IMG/VR virus record: IMGVR_UViG_3300045988_160791
Direction: 5' to 3' (one strand)
DNA: 44,675 nucleotides
Source of the DNA: a virus
A model generated the notes under the pieces. It was given only the letters and a program-made list of their open reading frames with translations, ran no database searches and was not told where the DNA came from. Below, piece by piece: positions 20,410-30,655 of the stretch. Made by a program: the position numbers and the translations under genes. Position 1 is the first letter of the stretch. Every line of letters begins with the position of its first letter.

Positions 20410-21597
20410 CTAAACAACATCATTCGATGTAATGTAACCGTATACTATTGAATCTTTATCTTTTATAACATAATCATCTCTAACAATGGCTCTTAATAAT
20501 GTCATGTTTTTTGCAAATGCATTAAAATTACCTATATTAGCAACATTAGAAGCTAATATTGTCATTGATTTTCTATCATATTTTCTAATGTAATCATATA
20601 AATTTCCAACTATAAATGGCATTTTACCTTCATCTGATTTGAATATTTTATTAGGTAATACTTTTACAGGTAATACTGTTGTTCCACATCTTAATTGCAT
20701 TTTTGCAGAATCTGTTGGATCTGGATTTAATAATGGTCTATCATTTTTATCTTTTAATGTATCAAGATAATTTAATCCGTCATCATTTGTGTATATTTTT
20801 GACCCATCTTTATATGTTTGTCCTAAAGTTACATTCAAAGCTTTTTTTATTCCATCTAAATTCTTAAAATCAGTTTTTACTTTTTCTGCAACTTTTTCTA
20901 AAACTTTTTTGTTTGTTGTAGCAATATTTGCTTTTCCTAACCATTCTATTACAACTGCTAATATGTCTGAATCAGAATCTTCTACTAAATCGTTTGAAAC
21001 TGGCATAAATCCTGCTCTATCTTGGATAGCATATGGTAATCTTTCAAATTTTGGAGCTTCTATTTCATTTGTTATTTCTCCATTTTCATCTATATCAACA
21101 AATGTATCTACTTCACCTTTTTTTTGAAATGTTCTTGAACCTTTATTAGTTTTAACTGTTACTACATCAATATCTTCAAGTAAACTGTAATCAACATCTT
21201 TATATTTTTCTATTTTTGTAGATACATCTTGTGGTACTGTATATCCTCCATCTTCATCAACACTTTCGACTAATCCTTTTCCTTTTATAAATCCTCTAAT
21301 TACCTTCGCAACTGATTTTGTTGAATCTTCATCTTCTTTTTCACCCTTTTTATTTTCAATCTTTTTAGAAATTTCTTTCGTTTCTTCTTCGCTTAATTTA
21401 TTAGTCTCTTTTTCTGTTTCAAAAATATTTTTTTCTACTTCATATTCTTCTTTTAATGTTTTAATTTCATCTAGTATGGCTTTTGCTTTTTCAACATCTT
21501 TGTTCTCGCCTTCCATATATCCCTTAGCTAAAGCTTGTTTAGCTTCAATTTTTGCTAATATTTCTCTCATTCTTTTATTCATCTTCATTACCTCCAT
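20410..21597 (-). CDS. HK97-family major capsid protein
   Basis: N-terminal delta domain, GGYTVPQDVSTKIEKY. Confidence 0.9.
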   Translation of the reverse strand: MEVMKMNKRMREILAKIEAKQALAKGYMEGENKDVEKAKAILDEIKTLKEEYEVEKNIFETEKETNKLSEEETKEISKKIENKKGEKEDEDSTKSVAKVIRGFIKGKGLVESVDEDGGYTVPQDVSTKIEKYKDVDYSLLEDIDVVTVKTNKGSRTFQKKGEVDTFVDIDENGEITNEIEAPKFERLPYAIQDRAGFMPVSNDLVEDSDSDILAVVIEWLGKANIATTNKKVLEKVAEKVKTDFKNLDGIKKALNVTLGQTYKDGSKIYTNDDGLNYLDTLKDKNDRPLLNPDPTDSAKMQLRCGTTVLPVKVLPNKIFKSDEGKMPFIVGNLYDYIRKYDRKSMTILASNVANIGNFNAFAKNMTLLRAIVRDDYVIKDKDSIVYGYITSNDVV

Positions 21598-22372
21598 TTT
21601 TTTCTTTTTCTATAAACAAAAAAGAAGCAAGATTATCAATTTTTAAATTGATTTCCGCTTCTTCATTATTATTTTTTTCTTTTTGAACTGCCAATTCAGT
21701 TCCTCTATAGTGTTTTGTTGTTCCCGCTCTTGGTTGCGCTGGAACAGCTACAAATGATACTTCATATGCTTCTATCGCTCCATCTAGTGTAAAATAACAT
21801 ATTTTTTTTCCATTTACAGTTTCATATTCTTTTCCCCAATAATGAGAACAATAGTTTTTCATATTATCTACACCACAAATTGAACAATAGGCATGTTTTG
21901 CTCTGCAACTAGTTGATACCTCTTTCTTAATTCCTGCTTTTATTTCAGTAATTAAATCTGCATTTTTTTCTGTTTTTACCATATAGCATTTTGCAACTAA
22001 TTTTGTATATACCTCCCCTGCTCCAGTCATTTTGCTTCCATCTTGAACAAGTTCTGTATCATACACTCTAGCTATTTGATTGTCAGCTGCTCTGTTATGA
22101 TCCTTTATCATTGTTTTTCCAATGTATAGCTTTTGCAAATCTTTTAACGCATTTAAATTGAATGGCTCATAATTTCTATCATCTAACTCGTTATCTCCCA
22201 TTACTAACTTAAAAGCAAAAACTTCCTCAGATTTTAATGGAGATAATGTAAATTTATTTATTTTTTTTAAGTCATTGTCTGTTACTTCTTGATTTTCTAA
22301 ACTTGCAGATTTACAAATCACGCCGTTTTCAACAACTTTGTCATTGTCTCTTCTATCGTTTTCTTTATCCAA
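21575..22372 (-). CDS. Prohead protease (HK97-like)
   Basis: VEAY-type EAYEVSFVAVPAQPRAG, position between portal and capsid. Confidence 0.75.
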   Translation of the reverse strand: MDKENDRRDNDKVVENGVICKSASLENQEVTDNDLKKINKFTLSPLKSEEVFAFKLVMGDNELDDRNYEPFNLNALKDLQKLYIGKTMIKDHNRAADNQIARVYDTELVQDGSKMTGAGEVYTKLVAKCYMVKTEKNADLITEIKAGIKKEVSTSCRAKHAYCSICGVDNMKNYCSHYWGKEYETVNGKKICYFTLDGAIEAYEVSFVAVPAQPRAGTTKHYRGTELAVQKEKNNNEEAEINLKIDNLASFLFIEKEKNGGNEDE

Positions 22373-23625
22373 TCCTTTTCACCTTCCTTTCCATCATCTT
22401 TTATGTATTGTGTACCTGCTAATTGTACAGGTATACTTGCACCATTTCCCAACAATTGATCTCCACCTTCCTTGGCTTCCATATCTAATAATGCTCTTGC
22501 CTCGTTTGGTGTATATAAGAAATTTGATATTGCTTGGCACAGCGTATCCACTTGTGTCTTTAAATCAGCTCTTAATATTACTGCTACATTAAACTTAAAG
22601 TAGTATCCATTTGTAATTTCTTCACTTGTTAGTAATTTATAATTTAGCTCTTCCTCATACTGTTTTATTATGTATAATAATGTGTCAACATAAAAACTAA
22701 GTTGTTGTGCTTCTGCACTTGCATAGCTCGATTTTTCATAGTCTCCAATTTGATTCGGTTTTATTCCAAATGCAGATGCTATTTGTAATGCACTATATTT
22801 TTTTACATCTACAAACTGATTGTCCGCTAATTTTATATTTAGTGGGGTTAATTGTGTACCTATTGGAATCGGAATAATATTTTTAGTTTCTTTATCATCT
22901 AAATCACTTCCTGCAAACTTTTCAAGTTTACTTTTAAATTTTTCTAAATTCTTATCAGATAACTCGCTCGTATATTGAACAACAGCTTTTGCTGTAAAAC
23001 CACTTTTATACATATTATTCAGCATTTTTTGAGATTTAATATTGCCATCTATTGTCATTTTTAATTGTTCTCGTACTGCTATTCCTTTTATTCCATCAAA
23101 TGTATTGGATGTCTTAAAATGTAATATTTGTTCAGATCCAAACTGATATAACTTTCCGCCATGTGCGTATATATAATAAATGTCTGGTATGTCACTTAGA
23201 ATCTTTTGATCATCATACCAAACTTCAACTTCATCTGATGGTAAAATCCATAATGTCATTTTACTGCCAGCGCCTTTTATTAATACATAAGCATTTCCAA
23301 AATGATTTCGATTTTGCTCTACAGTAGACCAAAAAGCCGTAGATGTCATGTATGGATTAGGTCTATCATGCACAATTCTGTACATTGGATGTCCTCTGGC
23401 ATTTATAACACCATTATTGTCTCTATGTTGTAATAGTTTTAACGGTAATTTTCCAACAGATTCACTTAGAACTTTTAAACAAGCAAAATATGTAGCCTCA
23501 GATAAGGCTTTTTCTTTTGTTCCCTTTAACCCTAAAAAATCTATTAGTTTCTGCATTTCATTATATTTACTTTCTTTGTTGGTTAATATATTGAAAGCAG
23601 TTTTAATTCTTTCTCTTAATTTCAT
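22318..23625 (-). CDS. HK97-family portal protein
   Basis: LKVLSESVGKLPLKLLQ...YKLLTSEEITNGYYF. Confidence 0.93.
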   Translation of the reverse strand: MKLRERIKTAFNILTNKESKYNEMQKLIDFLGLKGTKEKALSEATYFACLKVLSESVGKLPLKLLQHRDNNGVINARGHPMYRIVHDRPNPYMTSTAFWSTVEQNRNHFGNAYVLIKGAGSKMTLWILPSDEVEVWYDDQKILSDIPDIYYIYAHGGKLYQFGSEQILHFKTSNTFDGIKGIAVREQLKMTIDGNIKSQKMLNNMYKSGFTAKAVVQYTSELSDKNLEKFKSKLEKFAGSDLDDKETKNIIPIPIGTQLTPLNIKLADNQFVDVKKYSALQIASAFGIKPNQIGDYEKSSYASAEAQQLSFYVDTLLYIIKQYEEELNYKLLTSEEITNGYYFKFNVAVILRADLKTQVDTLCQAISNFLYTPNEARALLDMEAKEGGDQLLGNGASIPVQLAGTQYIKDDGKEGEKDWIKKTIEETMTKLLKTA

Positions 23626-23660
23626 TTTTTCACCCCTTTCTAAATTACCAATTTTCTAAA

Positions 23661-25373
23661 TTACCAATCCGCTTCTAAATACTCAGACATCTCTTTGTTG
23701 TAATCAACAGGCTCTTTTTCATTAAATTTCATCTGTGTAATATGTGCATTTATCATTGCATCAACTGGATCTATTCTTTTTGTTCTTTTATTTGGCTCTT
23801 TATCTACTTTTTTCTCGCCGAAGCTATTTCTTACAATTTTTGCGTTTGAAACACTATAACTTAATAGCTCTTCTTTTTTGTTATATTTTATTTTTCCAGA
23901 TTCAATATTTAATTGCATATCTTCTGTCCCATCATTTAGAAATCTTGCAGATTGTTTTATTTCTAAAAGTGGCACACCGAAAATTTCCAAATCATCTAAA
24001 AAGCCATCTGCATTATGTGGGTCATATCCAATTGCTTGTACTTTTAAATCATAATTTTCTATAATATCTTTAAGATATTTAATAATAAACTTATAATCAT
24101 TTTTATAGGTATCTTGACCTCCTGTAACTGTTATAAGTTCTTGTTGTTCCCACACATCATACGGTGCGATATCTGTTACAATATGTTCTTGTAATCTTGC
24201 TCTAGGCATAAAGGAATGTGAAAATTCAAAAAACTCTCCATTTTCTAATGGTATTTCCAATGCAATAGTTGTTAAATCACCACCATGTGATAAATCTAAA
24301 CCTACATAACACTTTTTTTCCATTAAGTCTTGCAATTCTAAATTAGACTCACATTTTTTCCACTTATCTGGATTCATAAATTGGTCATCTGTGTTTTTTA
24401 CCCATAAATTAAGAGACTTCGTCATAAAGTCTCTTAATTCATTTCCACCCATGTCTCTTGCCGTTTGCATATCTGTAATTAAAGTTTCTAAACCTTGTTT
24501 GGTTGATGCAAGAAACGGATTAGCTTTTATTAAATTTTTAGGATTAAAAATATCATCTTTTTCATTTAGTGCATATATGTCAACAAAAAAATCTTCTGCT
24601 GTTACTATTCCTTTTAAAATATTTATACAATATTGATCCATTTCGTAACAAGCACTGTTTAGATTATCTCCCCTTGTTGTTATAATACTTATTAATGTTT
24701 CTAATAATGCTTTTGTTCCATTGTATATTGCTTTATAAATTTTAGCATTCGGATGTTGATGATACTCATCAATAGACGCAAATATTGCTCTAAATCCATC
24801 ATCTAATCCACTTTCTTTTGATAATGCTTCAATTGTAGATTCTGTATCTTTTGCCAATATTAGAGATTTATAATCTTTTATTTCAAATAGCTCTTGTAAA
24901 TCAGCATCAGTTTTTATGAATTTTGCCATTTCCTCCCAAGCAATTCTAGCTTGTCTTTTTTTTGTTGCTACAGTAAAAAGTTTACCAAAATTATAGCCAC
25001 TAAAATTTGCAATATAAGTTCCTCTAATACCATTTTTAAAGGATTTTCCATTCTGTCTAGCCATTGATTCATAAGACCTTCTAAATCTTCTTTTCCCATT
25101 TTCTTGTTTTAACCAACCGAATGGACAACCTAAATCGAAGATTTGAGATCCTAATAATTTTACAGGTTTTAATTCGAAACCTTCTGCAATTGTTAGGGTT
25201 TCTGCATAATTTAATATTCTTTCTGAATTTTCAGCATTCCAAATATATGGAAAATCTTTTGTTCCTTGTCTTTTTAAGTCTTCTAAATGTCTTTTACATG
25301 CCAGTATATGTAACTCTCCCATTATTCCTTCATCAATTGTTTTCTTTGCGTATTCAGTAACTCTATCAATCAT
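23661..25373 (-). CDS. Terminase large subunit
   Basis: FPYIWNAENSERILNYAETL...ARQNGKSF...CYVGLDLSHGGDLTT. Confidence 0.95.
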   Translation of the reverse strand: MIDRVTEYAKKTIDEGIMGELHILACKRHLEDLKRQGTKDFPYIWNAENSERILNYAETLTIAEGFELKPVKLLGSQIFDLGCPFGWLKQENGKRRFRRSYESMARQNGKSFKNGIRGTYIANFSGYNFGKLFTVATKKRQARIAWEEMAKFIKTDADLQELFEIKDYKSLILAKDTESTIEALSKESGLDDGFRAIFASIDEYHQHPNAKIYKAIYNGTKALLETLISIITTRGDNLNSACYEMDQYCINILKGIVTAEDFFVDIYALNEKDDIFNPKNLIKANPFLASTKQGLETLITDMQTARDMGGNELRDFMTKSLNLWVKNTDDQFMNPDKWKKCESNLELQDLMEKKCYVGLDLSHGGDLTTIALEIPLENGEFFEFSHSFMPRARLQEHIVTDIAPYDVWEQQELITVTGGQDTYKNDYKFIIKYLKDIIENYDLKVQAIGYDPHNADGFLDDLEIFGVPLLEIKQSARFLNDGTEDMQLNIESGKIKYNKKEELLSYSVSNAKIVRNSFGEKKVDKEPNKRTKRIDPVDAMINAHITQMKFNEKEPVDYNKEMSEYLEADW

Positions 25374-25888
25374 TTATTTGTCACCAGGAATTTTGCAAAT
25401 TTATTTTCTTTTGGAGGTTCCTTCGTTTGGGGCATAACAAGTTTGCATCTGGAAGATATTGATAATCCCATATCATTTGCACAATCTCTACATTGTTTTA
25501 GTGCTCTATCCTGGTATTTTAAATATAAATCTATAAATCCGAGTATTTCCTTTTTCTTTTCTTCATCTTTAGACTTTGTTAACTTTTTCTCTAATGTTCT
25601 TAATTCTTTTGTGTAATTTATATAATTTGTATTAGCAATTAAATAATGCGCTAAACATTCTTCATCCAGCTCTGTCATTATCCCAATTTCTAATAATATA
25701 TTAGCTATATTATTAAATTCTTTCTTTTCCTTTTCAGATAAATATTCAGGTGGATTTACATCAGTATGATTAATTTTAAGCTCTTTACTTTTCCTTTCTG
25801 CTATTTCTTCCTTGGTTAAATGTTTTTTTCCTTTTGCTATAATTAAATCTATAGGCTCTTTTGGTCTTCCTGCCATACTTGTTATCAC
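25370..25888 (-). CDS. P27-family terminase small subunit
   Basis: MAGRPKEPIDLIIAKGKKHLTKEEIAERK. Confidence 0.9.
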   Translation of the reverse strand: MITSMAGRPKEPIDLIIAKGKKHLTKEEIAERKSKELKINHTDVNPPEYLSEKEKKEFNNIANILLEIGIMTELDEECLAHYLIANTNYINYTKELRTLEKKLTKSKDEEKKKEILGFIDLYLKYQDRALKQCRDCANDMGLSISSRCKLVMPQTKEPPKENKFAKFLVTNK

Positions 25889-25999
25889 CTTCTTTCTTTT
25901 TGTGCCTTATTTTTGAATTTAGGGAGTTTTTTCTACACTGTACCTAGGGCGCCGTTGTTCTAGTATTACTTAAATACTTTTTTGACCACCCCTCCCATT

Positions 26000-26341
26000 T
26001 TATTTGCATCGTATTTCTTCTTTTATTAATACTCCATCCTCGTACCATCTAATAACTGTATGCTCTTCCATTCCATAATCCATTGCACATCTAAATGTAG
26101 AGCATTCTGCATCAATTATCTTTTTTCTTTTTTCTTCTTCTGTAGTATCTAATGTTATAGTTTCACTCTTTATTTCTCTATTATATAATTCCTTTACCTG
26201 TTCTTGTAATTGCTCTATTCTTTCTCTATATTGTTTAATTTCATTATCTAATACTTCAATTATTTCTTTATCACTCATATTTTTAATATCAAAGCATCTA
26301 CTTAATCTTCTCTTTGTTTCTATATAACTATCTTTCCTCAT
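26000..26341 (-). CDS. Hypothetical phage protein
   Basis: ORF with operon context. Confidence 0.5.
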   Translation of the reverse strand: MRKDSYIETKRRLSRCFDIKNMSDKEIIEVLDNEIKQYRERIEQLQEQVKELYNREIKSETITLDTTEEEKRKKIIDAECSTFRCAMDYGMEEHTVIRWYEDGVLIKEEIRCK

Positions 26342-26483
26342 CTTCTCTACCTCTTTTCAACTACTTCATTTACAGTAAAACATAATAGTCCATCTATAGT
26401 TTCTATTCTATATTCATGTTCTAAATGTTTTATTTGCTTTCCGCTTCTAAATGTATTTTTATTCCTATATCTTCTTTCATTAT

Positions 26484-26888
26484 TTATCTTCTCTTTCTAA
26501 ATCTATTGTGTGCCATGTCGTGATGCTTATGACATAGTGCTATGAGATTACTCCATTCCAGTCTTCTTAGCCAGCCAGTCTCTTTTTGTATTGGCTCTTT
26601 ATGATGGACTTCTTCTGCTAGTTCTATATTGTATTCTTTATTTAACTTTGCTTCTTTCTGACACTCTTCACACAGATAATTTTTTTTTATATATTCTTTA
26701 CTTAATGTTCTCCAAGCCTTGCTATTATAAAACTGTATATACTTTTTATCTCTTTGTTTATTATAGCGTGTATTACTGTATTGCTTTCTTGATTCTATTT
26801 GTTTTTGCATTATATCTCTACACTTATTACAATAAGTGGCTGGTGCTTGTACTACACATTGACATCTTGCACATAACTTAACTAACAT
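26484..26888 (-). CDS. HNH endonuclease (packaging associated)
   Basis: LCEECQKEAK...AEEVHHKEPI...NLIALCHKHHDMAH. Confidence 0.93.
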   Translation of the reverse strand: MLVKLCARCQCVVQAPATYCNKCRDIMQKQIESRKQYSNTRYNKQRDKKYIQFYNSKAWRTLSKEYIKKNYLCEECQKEAKLNKEYNIELAEEVHHKEPIQKETGWLRRLEWSNLIALCHKHHDMAHNRFRKRR

Positions 26889-27093
26889 TGTTCTTCTTTC
26901 CTTTTTGTGATATTGTTTGATTTTTTTCCGCTTCTACTTTTTCTACAAAAACTACTTTGTATTGATTTGTTTTTGTTAATACTTTATATCTTTCTTCTGT
27001 TACTTCAAATTCTTCTCCTTCTTCTGGAATTTTGTTTAATTCTTTATCAGCTATATTTAATTCTTTATATTTATTTGTTGCTTTTACTAACAT
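26878..27093 (-). CDS. Hypothetical small phage protein
   Basis: ORF. Confidence 0.5.
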   Translation of the reverse strand: MLVKATNKYKELNIADKELNKIPEEGEEFEVTEERYKVLTKTNQYKVVFVEKVEAEKNQTISQKGKKNNVS

Positions 27094-27108
27094 TTATATC
27101 TCTCCTTT

Positions 27109-27324
27109 CTAATTTCCACCTCGCAAACATTCGTTCTTAATTAAATATGGGCAGTAAACTTTTTGCTTTTTTATACTTGTTATAACTAAAAAAGAACAGC
27201 CCTTGCACTGCTTTGGTAACTGTTCTTTTATATTATTTAATTTTTCTCTATGCTCTGCTTTTTCTTGTGCTGTGTACTGCTCTGTTATTAATTTATCGTT
27301 ATAGATTAGTTTTCTTGCACACAT
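27109..27324 (-). CDS. Cys-containing small protein
   Basis: CKGC...C...C pattern. Confidence 0.5.
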   Translation of the reverse strand: MCARKLIYNDKLITEQYTAQEKAEHREKLNNIKEQLPKQCKGCSFLVITSIKKQKVYCPYLIKNECLRGGN

Positions 27325-27422
27325 ACTAATTCTCCTTCTATATTCTTTATTATTTTACAGTCTATATTCTTATTGCAATTCTTACAGTTCTTTTCTTTAA
27401 ACTCTTTTAATTTTTCTTCCAT
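27306..27422 (-). CDS. 38-aa Cys-rich peptide MEEKLKEFKEKNCKNCNKNIDCKIIKNIEGELVCVQEN
   Basis: Hand translation; below the track length threshold. Confidence 0.45.
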   Translation of the reverse strand: MEEKLKEFKEKNCKNCNKNIDCKIIKNIEGELVCVQEN

Positions 27423-27784
27423 AACACTACACACCTTTCTAAAAAAACACTAAACAATAATATAATTATAGGATATGTTAGATTCTATGTTATATTATTG
27501 TTTACTATATTTTTAAGACTTAACTAGGATTGTCTTATTTTGCATTTAAATACATTTTTTGAACATATATGGAAAATTATATATCAATTGCCTAGTATGT
27601 TGATATTATTAATAAATAAAAAAGAACTAGCTATGTTATATAACTAATTCTTTTTTTGAGTTGTTTGTTATGTGGATAATTGCTATTCAACGTCCTATTT
27701 TTTTATTCTGCAATCTTTTATAGATTTGCTATTATATTTATATCACATTTTTTATGTAAGATTCTATAGGTTTTTGTAGGTTGT

Positions 27785-28234
27785 TTAAATTTTTGAATAT
27801 AAATATAGTGCTTCTCCGTGTAACTCACAAGTGTATTGCCTTGTATATCCTAAATCTTCTGCTACTGATTCCCAAGTTTTTCCTCTAGTGTATCTAAAAA
27901 ACAATATATTTCTATATGGCTGTTTTAAAGTTTCTATTTTCTGATCTATTGCAAATTTTTTAACTATTAAATCTTCCATTTTTTTGTTGCAATCTATTTT
28001 TAAGTCTTCCAGCCTGTTTATTCCATCTGCAAATTTATCTGTCTCTGTATTACTTGTATTTGTTTTTGTTATAGATAATGTAGTAGTAATTTTTTCTAAT
28101 TTTGTCTTTAATTCTTCTGTATCGTTCATTTTTTCTTCTATATACTTAATATTTTCTCTATAATCTTTTAGCTCTTGCTTAGCTATTTCAATTTTTTCTT
28201 TTTCTTCCTTTGTTAATTCTTTTCTCTTTCCCAT
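27785..28234 (-). CDS. ArpU/RinA-like late transcription regulator with sigma-70 region 4-like HTH
   Basis: YRNILFFRYTRGKTWESVAEDLGYTRQYTCELHGEAL. Confidence 0.7.
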   Translation of the reverse strand: MGKRKELTKEEKEKIEIAKQELKDYRENIKYIEEKMNDTEELKTKLEKITTTLSITKTNTSNTETDKFADGINRLEDLKIDCNKKMEDLIVKKFAIDQKIETLKQPYRNILFFRYTRGKTWESVAEDLGYTRQYTCELHGEALYLYSKI

Positions 28235-28424
28235 ATGTACCTCCTAATTTTTTTAAAAATTTTGTTTGTTGTTGTATTAACTCATGTAACGCATTTTCTA
28301 ATATTTTATCTGGATTTCGTTTAACCCAATTCTCTATTGTATCTTTTATCCAGTTTCCTAATGCTATTCCTGTTTCGCTATTTATATATGGCTCTTTAAT
28401 ATTATTAATTTCTTTCTGTTCCAT
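28188..28424 (-). CDS. Hypothetical phage protein
   Basis: ORF. Confidence 0.45.
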   Translation of the reverse strand: MEQKEINNIKEPYINSETGIALGNWIKDTIENWVKRNPDKILENALHELIQQQTKFLKKLGGTYGKEKRINKGRKRKN

Positions 28425-28460
28425 TTTTTCTTATTTCCCTTTTTTACGATCTATTAATTT

Positions 28461-28868
28461 TTATAATCCTAATTCTTCTAATGTGTAATTTTTGTATGAT
28501 TCCATATTTCGATACATTGTGTCTTTTTCGAAATTTGGTAAATATATTGGAATACTATTTTTAATTAGAATTACTATATTTTCTATGCTTATAGCACAAT
28601 CATACTTTTTAATATTTTCAACTTTGTCTCTAAATGGTTTTATAATATTGCTTAAATATTCTTTTTCTTTTGCGGTTAATATGTCTTTTACTTCCTCTAA
28701 ATCATGAACTGTAAACCAATACGAATATCTCCATCCTTTATATCTAACTCTATAGCAATTATTAGACCTGCCCTCCGTATCAAAATCTTCGTTGTCTAAT
28801 TCTGCTATTTCCCCGATTTTCCCTGTTCTAATTATCTTTACTCTTTGTCCTACTTTGAATTTATTCAT
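28461..28868 (-). CDS. Hypothetical protein (SH3/KOW-like N-terminus)
   Basis: FKVGQRVKIIRTGKIGEIAELD. Confidence 0.55.
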   Translation of the reverse strand: MNKFKVGQRVKIIRTGKIGEIAELDNEDFDTEGRSNNCYRVRYKGWRYSYWFTVHDLEEVKDILTAKEKEYLSNIIKPFRDKVENIKKYDCAISIENIVILIKNSIPIYLPNFEKDTMYRNMESYKNYTLEELGL

Positions 28869-28870
28869 AC

Positions 28871-29251
28871 TTATTCCTCACTTTCTAATATTTTTTTTAA
28901 TTCTTTTTTTATATATACACCGTTTACATCATATATTTCACATCTTTTGCAAATTTCATCGTCTGGCAGCTCATTTTCTATAAAATCTTCTAACTTCTTT
29001 TTTGCTATAAAATTTTCTTTTATTCTTTCTTCTAACGTATTGGCTATTGCAATATAACATTTTAGTTTTTCATTCTCTTTTAATATTTTTTTTAGATTTA
29101 GTAAAATGTGTTGCATTACTTTAGGTATTTCTAAATCTACGATTTCCCAACCTCCATTCCTAAAAAAATTGCTGTCTGTTTCATTTATAGCACTATTTTT
29201 TAAATAATTTTCAATTGTTTTTATATCTTCTTCTATACTATTTTCTTTCAC
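28871..29251 (-). CDS. Hypothetical phage protein
   Basis: ORF. Confidence 0.45.
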   Translation of the reverse strand: MKENSIEEDIKTIENYLKNSAINETDSNFFRNGGWEIVDLEIPKVMQHILLNLKKILKENEKLKCYIAIANTLEERIKENFIAKKKLEDFIENELPDDEICKRCEIYDVNGVYIKKELKKILESEE

Positions 29252-29263
29252 TTAAAACACCTC

Positions 29264-29551
29264 CTAATTATTATTTATAATCTCATACCCTAGATTTCTT
29301 AATCTGTCACAAGTTAGCTTGAATGTATTATCTGCTGCATCCCAACTTTGTATTTGTATTACTTTCCAAATTTCAATTTGATTAAATTTTTTATCCGTTA
29401 TTCTATCTAATATTCTTTGTACTGCTCTTTCTTTATTATTTATAACTCTGTGATCAGGATAATCTTCATCTTCTTCTAAAAATATGTTTATATACAAATG
29501 TTGTAACTTTTGTATATCTTTTAATTCAATTTTTATTTTATCTTTCTTCAA
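29264..29551 (-). CDS. Hypothetical phage protein
   Basis: ORF. Confidence 0.45.
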   Translation of the reverse strand: MKKDKIKIELKDIQKLQHLYINIFLEEDEDYPDHRVINNKERAVQRILDRITDKKFNQIEIWKVIQIQSWDAADNTFKLTCDRLRNLGYEIINNN

Positions 29552-29553
29552 TT

Positions 29554-30647
29554 CTATGCCTCTCTTCCAGTAAAATTATTATAAACTGGTCCTGTGTTTA
29601 TATTTATCACAACATTATTGCATCCTTTTAATATTTCTATTAGTCCTGCTATATTAGGTTGTTCAATATTAATTTCTTGTTTATCTATAATATTTTGTTT
29701 TACATCCTTATTGATTGTATTTGCTACTTCCACAAGTTCAGCATTCGTTGTATGGGTATAAACATCCAATGTAATTCCGCTATTACTATGTCCTAATATT
29801 TGACTTGCATATTTTACATTTACACCACTGTTTATTAGCTTTGATGCGAAACAATGTCTTAATGCATGTGGATGTAAATATCTCAAATCTATTTGTTTTA
29901 AATAATTTGTATATTCTCTTCTAAATGTTCTAGGTTCTCTAGGTTTATTTTGCAATATTTGAGATATTATATATTCTTCATCCTTTTGATTATATTTTTT
30001 TAATTCTTCATATAATATGTCTGTAATTGGAACTTTTCTTTTACTTGTAAAACTTTTAGGACTTCCAATTAATACTTTACTTTTATTTGAGATTGGATCA
30101 TAAATTCTTTGAATAGTTTTATTAATGTCTATATATTTTTCATTTAAATATATATCTTTCCATTGTAATGCACACAATTCACCAATCCTGATTCCTGTCT
30201 GCATTAATATCAAAATCCCTAATGCTATTTTTTTTTTTCTTTATCTTCATTATTGCAATCATTTAATAAGTTATCTAATAGTTTTTTTGTTTCATTTTCA
30301 TCATATATTTTTACCTCTTCTTTAGTTTTACTTTTAGCAATTTCTAACAAGTTTTTTGGTATATTAATTGTATCGATTATTTGTTCTGTTAAATTTTCTT
30401 TTCTAGCCTGTTTTAGTACACTTTTTGCTATCATTTTCATATCACTTAATGTTTTGTATGCATATCCATCATTTATCATATTTATGCACATATCTTCTAT
30501 TGTCTTAGTGTTTATATTTGATATTTCCTGATTAGCAATGTATTTATTTACATGTTTTAAATTATTTGCATAATTGCAATATGTAGATTGTTTTATTTCT
30601 TCTTTCTTAATTTCTAAAAATTTTATTGAATATTCTTTAAATTTCAA
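29554..30647 (-). CDS. Second tyrosine recombinase split at an 11-A homopolymer (N-terminal 30225-30647, catalytic 29554-30213)
   Basis: R (TGIRIGE), HALRH, GHS, Y (DVYTH) catalytic motifs; the two ORFs join in the -1 frame at 30228-30238. Confidence 0.8.
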
Positions 30648-30655
30648 ATTATCAC

